Numbered from the stretch's first letter, positions 14,599 to 22,335 are shown. The stretch is DNA of 24,000 nt from Christensenella sp. UBA1782 (GCA_002315475.1 DCGI01000083.1:778-24777); one strand, 5' to 3'. The notes: generated by a model from the sequence alone, not told the origin. Made by a program: numbers and translations.

Positions 14599-16289
14599 TT
14601 TCCTATCTGAATATCAAAAATATTGCAATTATCAGCGAATTGGAGTTATCTTTCGAACGGGGTTTGAACGTACTGAGCGGGGAAACCGGTGCGGGAAAAT
14701 CCATTTTGATTGATTCGGTAAATTTCGTTTTGGGGGACAGAGCCGACCGTTCCTTGATTCGTTACGGCGAAAACATGGCTCGAGTGGAAGCGTATTTTAC
14801 CGAAATCAAGAATTTTTCCGAAGTAAAAAGCATCTTGGAAGAAGCGGGAATCGACTGCGAGGAAGACGGCGTCATCGTCACGAGAACGATGACGGCGGAC
14901 AAAAGCGAATGTCGTATCAATCGAAAAATCGTACCCCTTTCTCTCTTAAAAAGCGTGGTTGCCTTGCTTGTAGACACCCACACGCAAAACGAAAACCAAA
15001 CCCTCTTAAAGGTGGCGAACCACTTAAAAATTATCGACAGATATGCCTCCGGTGTACAAGACCTTTTATCGAAATACCGAGAAACGCTTTACTCATTCCG
15101 CAAAATTTGTGACAAAATCAACGATTTTTCCGACAAACAACAACGAGAAAGAGAAATCGACGTTTTGAATTATCAAATTGCCGAAATCGAAAAAACTTCG
15201 GTTCGGGAAGGGGAAGAAGAGGAGTTAAAAGCCAAACGTTCTCTTTTTTACAACAGTCAAAAAATCAGCGGGGCTTTGCAAACTTCTTACAATCAGATTT
15301 CCGGTTCGACGGGGTTCGGGGCGTTACCCGCCATAGAAACCGCCCGTTCGGAGATTTCTCGCATCCTGCAATACGACGCTTCGCTCGGTTCTATTTTAGA
15401 ACGGCTGAATTCGTGCGATATTGAATTAAACGACATACAAGAAACCCTTTACGAGAAATTATCGGATACGGGGGAAAACCTCGATATAGACCAAATCGAA
15501 AAACGTTTGGAAGAAATACGCATGATTTCCAAAAAATACGGAAAAACCGCCGCAGATATTCAGACCTTTTACCAAAAAGCTTCCGAACGATTGGAATCCC
15601 TTTTACACGCCGAAGTCGAATTGGAAAAGCTATACGCCGAAAAGGAAAAAACAGAAAAATCCTTGCGGAAAGCAGCCGATGCCCTCCACGCCGTACGAGC
15701 GGACGCTTCACGCACGTTTTGCGATAAAATCGGTAAAAATATCGTAGAATTGGGCATGAAAAATGCAAAATTCGAAGTGAAATTCGATAAAATCTCCGAA
15801 AAATGCGAGGACTATAACGAAAACGGCTACGACGTCGTCGAATTCATGATGGCACCGAATCTCGGAGAACCGTTAAAACCCCTTGCCAAAATCGCCAGCG
15901 GCGGAGAAATGAGCCGTTTTATGTTGGCTTTGAAAAACGTCATTGCCGAAATCGACAACGTCGATACTTTGATTTTCGATGAAATCGATACGGGTATCAG
16001 CGGTGTTATCGCACAGGTCGTCGCCGAAAAAATGTACGATATTGCCGTTTCCAGACAGGTTATCGCCATTACGCATTTACCGCAACTCGGAAGTATGGCG
16101 GACGCCAATTACCTGATTGCCAAAAACGATATTGCGGGAAAAACCTTAACGAGCGTTCAACGCTTGGAAGGGGAGGCGGTCTATCGGGAACTCATGCGTT
16201 TGTCGGGTGCCATCGAAAACAGCGAAGTCGGCAGAAACAACGCCATTGAATTAAAGAACCGCGCCAATCTCTACAAAAAAGCAAAATAG
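14595..16289 (+). CDS. recN: DNA repair protein RecN
   Basis: 564-aa SMC-like ORF with Walker A (LSGETGAGKSILID), a long coiled-coil middle, the signature ASGGEMSRFMLALK and Walker B LIFDEIDTGISG. ATGA coupling to argR. Confidence 0.9.
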   Translation: MISYLNIKNIAIISELELSFERGLNVLSGETGAGKSILIDSVNFVLGDRADRSLIRYGENMARVEAYFTEIKNFSEVKSILEEAGIDCEEDGVIVTRTMTADKSECRINRKIVPLSLLKSVVALLVDTHTQNENQTLLKVANHLKIIDRYASGVQDLLSKYRETLYSFRKICDKINDFSDKQQREREIDVLNYQIAEIEKTSVREGEEEELKAKRSLFYNSQKISGALQTSYNQISGSTGFGALPAIETARSEISRILQYDASLGSILERLNSCDIELNDIQETLYEKLSDTGENLDIDQIEKRLEEIRMISKKYGKTAADIQTFYQKASERLESLLHAEVELEKLYAEKEKTEKSLRKAADALHAVRADASRTFCDKIGKNIVELGMKNAKFEVKFDKISEKCEDYNENGYDVVEFMMAPNLGEPLKPLAKIASGGEMSRFMLALKNVIAEIDNVDTLIFDEIDTGISGVIAQVVAEKMYDIAVSRQVIAITHLPQLGSMADANYLIAKNDIAGKTLTSVQRLEGEAVYRELMRLSGAIENSEVGRNNAIELKNRANLYKKAK

Positions 16290-16293
16290 AAAT

Positions 16294-16323
16294 TCATATT
16301 TTTTTGTTCCTTGCACAAAACTA
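16294..16323 (+). promoter_or_regulatory. Candidate forespore-type promoter for spoIVB
   Basis: TCATA (16294-16298), 18 nt, then AAAACTA (16317-16323). The match to GHATR-18-CATXHTA is weaker. The same ACTA-ending -10 appears at three other forespore-type genes in this window. Confidence 0.25.
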
Positions 16324-16341
16324 AACTGTAACAAGGAGCAA
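16304..16341 (+). promoter_or_regulatory. Hairpin sequestering the spoIVB Shine-Dalgarno
   Basis: TTGTTCCTTG (16304-16313) pairs with CAAGGAGCAA (16332-16341): 10 bp including one G-U, with an 18-nt loop. The 3' arm contains the AAGGAG SD for ATG 16347. Confidence 0.4.
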
Positions 16342-16346
16342 ACTGC

Positions 16347-17342
16347 ATGAAAAAATTTCTTTACAAATCCCTACTTGTTTTTTCCGCACTTTTCTTAATC
16401 GGTGCGGTTTTTTTACCGAAAAATCAACAAGCTTATGCGTTGGAAAGCGTCTATTTAGGCGGGATACCCATCGGCATTAAAGCGAAATCGGAAGATTTCG
16501 TGGTAACCGAACTCGTTGACGTCATCACGAAAGAGGGTTCTTTTTCGCCCGCTCAAAAAGCAGGTATCCAAAAAGGGGATATTCTTTTATCGATAAACCG
16601 ACAAAAAGTCGAAACCGTACAAGACGTACAAAACATCGTCCGACACGCACAAACGTTGGAAATCGAGATAAACCGTCGAGGCGACAAACTGACTTTTTGG
16701 GTAACGCCTGCCTTAGACGCCGTAAAGAACGAATACAAAATCGGACTTTTTTTGCGAAACGACATAGGCGGCATCGGTACGTTGACCTATATCACCAAAG
16801 ACGGAAAATTCGGAGCGCTCGGGCATAAAATAGGGGATTCTTTCGGGTACAGTACCCTTTATCAAAACGGAGAAATCTACGATTGTTTTATATACGGCTA
16901 TAAAAAAGCCGAAAACAAGAAGGCGGGAGAACTCTGCGGAAGGATAGGGAGTAACCGACTCGGAACCTTTTATTCCAACCAAGAAACGGGCATAAACGGG
17001 TATTTTACCGAAAAATCGGATTTTACCGAAGTCCCTCTCGGGAGGAGAGAAGACGTCCGGTCGGGAAAAGCACAGATTTATACCACCATCGACGGAAACA
17101 GTCCGAAACTCTACGAAATCGAAATTCTGAAAACCGCCAAACAGGAGCAAGACCAACCCAAAGGCATGTTGATACGCGTCACCGATGCGGCGTTACTGCG
17201 TACGACGGGCGGTATCCTGCAAGGCATGAGCGGTTCTCCCGTTTTGCAGGACGGAAAATTGATAGGTGCCGTTACGCACGTCCTCACCGACAACTCCTCG
17301 CTCGGATACGGTGTCTATATCGATTGGATGATAAATAAGTAA
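16347..17342 (+). CDS. spoIVB: SpoIVB signalling serine peptidase (S55, PDZ domain)
   Basis: 331-aa ORF with an N-terminal TM, a PDZ domain (AGIQKGDILLSINRQKV), a His motif (FGALGHKI) and the catalytic Ser motif GMSGSPV. It follows recN, as in Bacillus and Clostridium. Confidence 0.9.
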   Translation: MKKFLYKSLLVFSALFLIGAVFLPKNQQAYALESVYLGGIPIGIKAKSEDFVVTELVDVITKEGSFSPAQKAGIQKGDILLSINRQKVETVQDVQNIVRHAQTLEIEINRRGDKLTFWVTPALDAVKNEYKIGLFLRNDIGGIGTLTYITKDGKFGALGHKIGDSFGYSTLYQNGEIYDCFIYGYKKAENKKAGELCGRIGSNRLGTFYSNQETGINGYFTEKSDFTEVPLGRREDVRSGKAQIYTTIDGNSPKLYEIEILKTAKQEQDQPKGMLIRVTDAALLRTTGGILQGMSGSPVLQDGKLIGAVTHVLTDNSSLGYGVYIDWMINK

Positions 17343-17373
17343 TATTTTGTAGATTTTTGCCATAGAATACAAT

Positions 17374-17994
17374 ATGTTTTCTAAGGCTAAACAAAACTTT
17401 TCTTATTATAAAAACGAACTTTTATGTTCTTACCGAAAAAACAAGCAATTCTTTTTCCTTGCCTTCGTATGTATGGGAATCGGATTGCTTTTTTCGTTAA
17501 AAGGGATAAAAGAAAGTGTGGAAGAAGGCTCGTTTCTTTCCCTTGCCGCAGCGATAGAAACGGAAAATTTTTCGGTTTTTACCTTGATAGTTTCGGTCTT
17601 GTTGATTCCTCTTCTTTTTTCGGCTATTATCTATCTTTTGTCCTGCAATCGCTACTTACTTTTTTTATCGTATATCGGCATTATCGTACTATCCGAAAAA
17701 TTCTTTCGCTATACGATTTGCTGTATACTTGCCGATTTATGGAAAGGGCTTATCAGTACTTTTCTCTACGCTCTGCCCGTTTTTCTGTGGATTATGGTCT
17801 GTTGCGTATTCTTTTTATGTAAACTTTGGGAAAGTATTGCCTATCCTTGCCCCCAAAAATTCTTATATATCGTACCGTATCGCTGTTATTTTCGCTCTTT
17901 GAAAAAAGTCATCCTTCGGCATTTTTTGTGGATGTTTCTTCCCGTTTTTCTGTATTCCGTCCTTATCGTTATTTTGTTTTTTCTAATATTTTAG
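17374..17994 (+). CDS. Uncharacterised polytopic, Cys-rich membrane protein (topology loosely like SpoIIM)
   Basis: 206-aa ORF with about 5 hydrophobic segments and 11 Cys (TICCIL, MVCCVFFLC, YPCPQ). I recognise no motif. There is no SD, and TAGAAT (17363-17368) lies 5 nt upstream of the ATG. Confidence 0.5.
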   Translation: MFSKAKQNFSYYKNELLCSYRKNKQFFFLAFVCMGIGLLFSLKGIKESVEEGSFLSLAAAIETENFSVFTLIVSVLLIPLLFSAIIYLLSCNRYLLFLSYIGIIVLSEKFFRYTICCILADLWKGLISTFLYALPVFLWIMVCCVFFLCKLWESIAYPCPQKFLYIVPYRCYFRSLKKVILRHFLWMFLPVFLYSVLIVILFFLIF

Positions 17995-18022
17995 TATAAA
18001 AAAATCGAAGAAAACCAAACTA
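17994..18022 (+). promoter_or_regulatory. Candidate forespore (sigmaF/G-type) promoter for the DD-carboxypeptidase
   Basis: GTATA (17994-17998), 17 nt, then CAAACTA (18016-18022), compared with GHATR-17/18-CATXHTA. Confidence 0.35.
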
Positions 18023-18041
18023 AAAGGCAAAGGAGACATCT

Positions 18042-19214
18042 ATGAAAAAAGTAAAAAAATATCTTTTTATTTGCGTTTTATCCGTCTTATGCGGCATGTT
18101 CTTCGTTCCGCAAAAAACGGAAGCTTATGCGATGGAAACAAAACCGTACCGCTCCGCCTACCTTATTGATTACGATACGGGGACGGTCTTGGAAAGCTAT
18201 CGGGAAAACGATAAACATCCCATTGCGAGCATGGTCAAAATCATGACGTTGTTACTGACTTTTCAAGAAATCGAAAAGGGAAATCTCTCCTACGACGAAA
18301 CCGTCCGCATTTCCGAATACGCCGCCGGCATGGGCGGTTCGCAACTGTTCCTGTCCGTCAACGGGAATTATCCGGTAAACGACTTGATTCAAGGGGTTAT
18401 CGTGTGCAGTGCCAACGATTGCGCCGTAGCCTTAGGGGAAAGAATCGCCGGAAGTAACGAGGCTTTTGTACGAAAAATGAACGAACGTGCAAAAGAAATC
18501 GGCATGGAGAATACGTTGTTTTGTAACGCAACGGGACTTCCTTGCGACAGAGAGCAGTATTCCACCGCCAAAGACGTAACCGTCATGATGCAAAAGCTTT
18601 TGCATTTTCCCCAGTACTACGAGTACACAAAGATTTGGATGAAGGATTATACCCATCCCGACGGCAGAGTGACGCAGATGGTAAACACGAACAAACTGAT
18701 TCGTCAATCGCCCGACTGTGACGCGGGAAAAACCGGCTTTACGCAAGAAGCAATGTTTTGTTTGAGTGCCAGTGCCAAACAGGGAGAAACCCGTTTGGTG
18801 GGGACGGTTTTGGGTTCGCCCGACGGCAAGACGAGATTCAACGCCATGAAGGAGCTTTTTCAAACGGCTTTCGCCCGATACGAAACCACCGTTTTGATTC
18901 GAAAAGGGGAGGAAATACCTTTCTCGGGAACCGTTAAAAACGCCAAAAATCTTCCGCAAAGCGTTTTTTCCGATGCCGACATAAAATTCTTTTGCGAAAA
19001 GGGCAAAAAGGGAGATTTCGTCACGAAATTCGTACGAAACGACGAAATTTCCGCACCGATTTCGAAAGGAACTTCTTTAGGTAAAATCGTCGTGGAAGAC
19101 GAAAACGGCAACAAAATCGGAGAAGCCGATTTACTTTGTTCCGAAGACATCGAAAAAATGAGCTTTTGGGATTCTCTCAAAAAGGTAATCGAACATTGGA
19201 AAATTTTTCGCTAA
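18042..19214 (+). CDS. D-alanyl-D-alanine carboxypeptidase, peptidase S11 (DacF/DacB-like, full length with C-terminal domain)
   Basis: 390-aa ORF with SD AAAGGAGA, a signal peptide, and the SxxK (ASMVKIMT), SxN (CSANDCAV) and KTG (AGKTGFT) motifs. Confidence 0.9.
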   Translation: MKKVKKYLFICVLSVLCGMFFVPQKTEAYAMETKPYRSAYLIDYDTGTVLESYRENDKHPIASMVKIMTLLLTFQEIEKGNLSYDETVRISEYAAGMGGSQLFLSVNGNYPVNDLIQGVIVCSANDCAVALGERIAGSNEAFVRKMNERAKEIGMENTLFCNATGLPCDREQYSTAKDVTVMMQKLLHFPQYYEYTKIWMKDYTHPDGRVTQMVNTNKLIRQSPDCDAGKTGFTQEAMFCLSASAKQGETRLVGTVLGSPDGKTRFNAMKELFQTAFARYETTVLIRKGEEIPFSGTVKNAKNLPQSVFSDADIKFFCEKGKKGDFVTKFVRNDEISAPISKGTSLGKIVVEDENGNKIGEADLLCSEDIEKMSFWDSLKKVIEHWKIFR

Positions 19215-19220
19215 GGACAA

Positions 19221-19247
19221 GGGCGGCAGAACCGCCCCTCCTTTTTT
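19221..19247 (+). terminator. Rho-independent terminator
   Basis: GGGCGG (19221-19226), loop CAGAA, CCGCCC (19232-19237), then CTCC and T6 (19242-19247). The flanking AGG/CCT can extend the stem. Confidence 0.7.
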
Positions 19248-19281
19248 GTTCGGAATTTGCCGAATTAGTCACCAAAATACC

Positions 19282-19311
19282 TTGACATTTTCGGCGAAAT
19301 AATGTTATTAT
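19282..19311 (+). promoter_or_regulatory. SigmaA promoter (extended -10) for the M50-scpA-scpB unit
   Basis: TTGACA (19282-19287), 18 nt, then TATTAT (19306-19311), preceded by TGt (19303-19305). Confidence 0.5.
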
Positions 19312-19320
19312 CTTAAAAGT

Positions 19321-20022
19321 ATGATTATATCGTTGTTGACAAGCGGATACTCCGTCCCCGTAATCGTGATGCTCGCCATTGCTTTACTAAGCAGTGCTAC
19401 GTTATCCATGCTTGTCCACGAAAACGCACATGGGTTTATTGCGTTAAAATGCGGAGATCCTACGGCAAAAGTACGGGGAAGACTCTCCATGAACCCCTTA
19501 AAGCATTTCGATCCGATCGGACTGGTTTTGATGCTTCTCGTCGGCTTCGGTTGGGCAAAACCGGTACCGATAAACCCCGACAATTTCAAAGACAGAAAAA
19601 AGGGGATTATCCTTGTATCTTTGGCGGGCGTCTGTTCCAATCTTCTTCTTTCGGGTTTGAATCTGTTTTTACTTTGGCTTCTTTACCCGTATCTGAATGC
19701 GATTTGCATGTTGGAAACCGCTTGGCGTTTGCTCGGTTTTCTGTTGATTTATTTCTTGGAATACATGGTAATTTTTAACGTCATGCTTGCGTTTTTTAAC
19801 ATTCTTCCCATTGCACCCTTAGACGGTTTTCGCTTTGTGGACGCACTCCTTCCGCAAGGAAACAAGTATACCCTGTTTATGATGCGGTACGGCAACTATT
19901 GCTTAATCGGTTTTTTGGCGATTTGTTTTTTACTCGAAAGAGTGGGTTTGGAACAATTCAGCGTTTTTTATCAAATACAGCACCTCGCAATCGGTTTGGT
20001 TACGTTGGTTACGGGAGGGTAA
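19321..20022 (+). CDS. Peptidase M50 / site-2 protease family membrane metalloprotease
   Basis: 233-aa polytopic ORF with HExxH (VHENAHGF) and the second motif FNILPIAPLDG. The start is uncertain because no SD is present. Confidence 0.8.
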   Translation: MIISLLTSGYSVPVIVMLAIALLSSATLSMLVHENAHGFIALKCGDPTAKVRGRLSMNPLKHFDPIGLVLMLLVGFGWAKPVPINPDNFKDRKKGIILVSLAGVCSNLLLSGLNLFLLWLLYPYLNAICMLETAWRLLGFLLIYFLEYMVIFNVMLAFFNILPIAPLDGFRFVDALLPQGNKYTLFMMRYGNYCLIGFLAICFLLERVGLEQFSVFYQIQHLAIGLVTLVTGG

Positions 20023-20023
20023 T

Positions 20024-20842
20024 ATGGCAAATTATATCGACAGCACCGTAGATGACGTAAAATATCATATCGCCACGCAGGACTTTGACGGTCCTATCGA
20101 CCTACTCGTCAAGATGGTGCGAGAATCGTCCATCGACATCATGCAGATTTTCGTAAGCGACATCACCACGCAGTACGTCAATTACGTCCGTACTCTCAAA
20201 GAATTGAATTACGAATACGTTTCTCACTTCATCGTCATGGCGTCCATTCTCATTGAAATCAAGACCTTTCACATGATGCCCATGCCCGAAGACGAAGACG
20301 ATTCTTACCGAATCGAAACCGAGCAAATGGAAGAAGCGATTTTTTCCGAAGTGGAACAACGGTTGATTACTTCGGCACCCGAAAAACTCCACGATATGGA
20401 AGTAACCAACGTTTTTTATAACGATCCCGTCTACGACAAAGAAGACTACAAACTGCTCGTAAAAGGATTGGACTTAAACAAGCTTTTGGCTGCATACCGT
20501 TTGATTTTGGAAAAAACCGAAATTACCGATAAAATTCCTGCGGTAACCACCATCGAAAAAGAACGGTTTTCGGTAGCCGACAAAACCAAAGAATTGAAAA
20601 AGGAAATCCGAGAAAAGAAGCGGATTAACTTTTTTTCGCTCTTTTCCCCAAACTATACGAAATCGGAGCTTTTGAACGTGTTTTTAGCCATTTTAATGGT
20701 AGTAAAAAGTCAAACCGCCTACGCCGAGCAAAACGATTTCAACGGGGATATAGAACTGATACATAACGACGCAAAGGACGATCCTACGCGCGATGAGGAA
20801 ATAACAGAGGAATTTACAAATGAAGTTAAAGAATCTAATTGA
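20024..20842 (+). CDS. scpA: Segregation and condensation protein A (kleisin)
   Basis: 272-aa ORF (FDGPIDLLVKMVRESSIDIMQIFVSDITTQYVNYV) with SD GGGAGGG. scpB follows it. Confidence 0.85.
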   Translation: MANYIDSTVDDVKYHIATQDFDGPIDLLVKMVRESSIDIMQIFVSDITTQYVNYVRTLKELNYEYVSHFIVMASILIEIKTFHMMPMPEDEDDSYRIETEQMEEAIFSEVEQRLITSAPEKLHDMEVTNVFYNDPVYDKEDYKLLVKGLDLNKLLAAYRLILEKTEITDKIPAVTTIEKERFSVADKTKELKKEIREKKRINFFSLFSPNYTKSELLNVFLAILMVVKSQTAYAEQNDFNGDIELIHNDAKDDPTRDEEITEEFTNEVKESN

Positions 20843-21533
20843 GGGAGTTATTTTCGGTGCCGCCAAAGGCATAACGTACAAACAAATCAAAGAAGCTTTC
20901 GGAGAGGACTACACCGAAAAAGAAATCAAAGCCGCCTTGACCGAAATCACCGAAGAGTATTCCGACGAAAAAGGGATCATTTTGATAGAGTACAACAATA
21001 CCTATCAATTTCAGACCAACCCGAGATACAGCGATATTTTTGCGTCGATTTTGCGAGAAGTCAAAGAAAAGCAACTCAGTCAGACGGTTTTACAAACCCT
21101 CGCCATTATTGCTTATCGGCAACCGATTACCCGTTCCGAAATCGACGATATCCGCAAAGTCAGCAGTGATTATGCCATCGGTATTTTAATGAAAGCCGAG
21201 CTTATCGAAATCACCGATCGGAAGGACACCCCCGGAAGACCGGCTTTATACGGCACAACCGACAATTTCCTGAAGCATTTTCAATTAAAATCTTTGAAAA
21301 GCCTACCCGATTACGAAGAATTGATGAAAACCATTCAAGAAAGCGGAAAATTCAACAAAACCGGCAGTTCCATTTACGCCATCAAAGATAAGGCTCTGTA
21401 CGAAGGCGATATGGAAGACTCTTATTTCGAAACCGAAGAAGAAGCCGAAGAAAGTTTTGCTTTCATGAAAGGAGAGGACATGGTGGAGATAGAATCCGAT
21501 CCCGTCACGACCGAACCGAACGAAGAACCGTAA
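20820..21533 (+). CDS. scpB: Segregation and condensation protein B, with an acidic C-terminal extension
   Basis: 237-aa ORF (IEGVIFGAAKGITYKQI, LSQTVLQTLAIIAYRQPITRSEIDDIRKV, GRPALYGTTDNFLKHF). It overlaps scpA by 23 nt. Confidence 0.85.
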   Translation: MKLKNLIEGVIFGAAKGITYKQIKEAFGEDYTEKEIKAALTEITEEYSDEKGIILIEYNNTYQFQTNPRYSDIFASILREVKEKQLSQTVLQTLAIIAYRQPITRSEIDDIRKVSSDYAIGILMKAELIEITDRKDTPGRPALYGTTDNFLKHFQLKSLKSLPDYEELMKTIQESGKFNKTGSSIYAIKDKALYEGDMEDSYFETEEEAEESFAFMKGEDMVEIESDPVTTEPNEEP

Positions 21534-21554
21534 TTATCCGAAAAAAACCTTTTT

Positions 21555-21583
21555 TCATAAAAAAATAAAAAGAAAGAATACTA
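21555..21583 (+). promoter_or_regulatory. Candidate forespore-type promoter for ytfI-like/ytfJ
   Basis: TCATA (21555-21559), 17 nt, then AATACTA (21577-21583). This is the same -10 heptamer as upstream of spoVAC. The predicted start falls at about 21589-21590. Confidence 0.3.
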
Positions 21584-21605
21584 ACGATATGGTATTCTTT
21601 TTTTT
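21573..21605 (+). terminator. Terminator-like hairpin after scpB
   Basis: AAAGAATAC (21573-21581) pairs with GTATTCTTT (21592-21600), with a 10-nt loop and a T-run extending to 21605. The stem is AU-rich, and the element overlaps both the candidate promoter and ATG 21589. Confidence 0.4.
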
Positions 21606-21694
21606 GTGCCTTTTTATCGGCTGTATTTTTCTTTATCCTGCCGTTTCGGATTCGTTTTTTATCGTTTTCCGCCGATTCTTTCAAAAATATCGGT

Positions 21695-22021
21695 ATGCAG
21701 ATACAAATAGGGCCGTTGACCGTTCCGATTTTTCCCAAGAAAAAAACCGCATTGCCCCCTTTGCACTTTTCGAAAATTCGCTTACCCGACCTGCATTTTC
21801 AAGGAAAACTGCACGTTGTTTTGCCCCTTTCTTTTCCGCACGAAGGCATTATCGTCCATCTTTTTCGAGGACTCGGGTATGCCGTCCCGTTAGAGGTGGA
21901 TATTGTTCGGGGCAATCGGTTTTATTGGGAAGGAGAAGGCACGATAACCCTTTCCCTTTTTGGGATATTTTCGAATTTTTTGCAGATACTAAAGCCGAAA
22001 AGGAAGGTATTATGGAAATAA
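21695..22021 (+). CDS. YtfI-like (DUF2953-like) sporulation protein; N-terminus unresolved, see the frameshift finding
   Basis: The frame is open from 21569 to TAA 22019-22021, and the first ATG in it is at 21695. The upstream in-frame sequence reads ...FCAFLSAVFFFILPFRIRFLSFSADSFKNIGMQIQIGPLTVPIFPKKK, a TM helix plus basic patch as I remember for YtfI-type proteins. It overlaps the ytfJ start by 10 nt, consistent with a ytfI-ytfJ operon. Confidence 0.4.
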   Translation: MQIQIGPLTVPIFPKKKTALPPLHFSKIRLPDLHFQGKLHVVLPLSFPHEGIIVHLFRGLGYAVPLEVDIVRGNRFYWEGEGTITLSLFGIFSNFLQILKPKRKVLWK

Positions 22022-22335
22022 CACAACTTTTGAACGACGCCCTGTCGGGGGTACAGTCGGTCATGAACGTATCGAGAATCATCGGAGAACCGATGGAAAC
22101 GGAAACCTGCACCATTCTGCCCGTCACGAAAATGACGCTCGGTTTTGCCTGCGGCGGAGGGGAGTGGGAAGGAAAATCGGTCAAAAACAAAGATTTGCCG
22201 TACGGCGGAATCGGAGGGGGTGCCGACATTATCCCGATAGGGTTTTTGGTTCTGACAAAAAACAGCGTACAATTCGTTAAAACGGAGGAAACATGGGAAA
22301 AATCCATAGAAAAAGTTTTCAAATTCTTTTCTTAA
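22012..22335 (+). CDS. ytfJ: Sporulation protein YtfJ (GerW family)
   Basis: I chose ATG 22012 (SD AAGGAAGG at 22000-22007), giving 107 aa (MEITQLLNDALSGVQSVMNVSRIIGEPMETETCTILPVTKMTLGFACGGGEWEG...GGIGGGADIIPIGFLVL). The upstream part of the 248-aa track ORF is not protein-like. Confidence 0.8.
   Translation: MEITQLLNDALSGVQSVMNVSRIIGEPMETETCTILPVTKMTLGFACGGGEWEGKSVKNKDLPYGGIGGGADIIPIGFLVLTKNSVQFVKTEETWEKSIEKVFKFFS

Noticed and set aside
21589-22335. 248-aa ORF suggesting a long N-terminal extension of YtfJ.
   Set aside because: The 141 upstream codons are Arg/Phe/Ser/Pro-rich and not protein-like (...SRKTARCFAPFFSARRHYRPSFSRTRVCRPVRGG...). YtfJ homologues are about 100-150 aa and begin near MEIT. 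ATG 22012 has a good SD. The open upstream frame is better explained by an overlapping ytfI-like gene in another frame.
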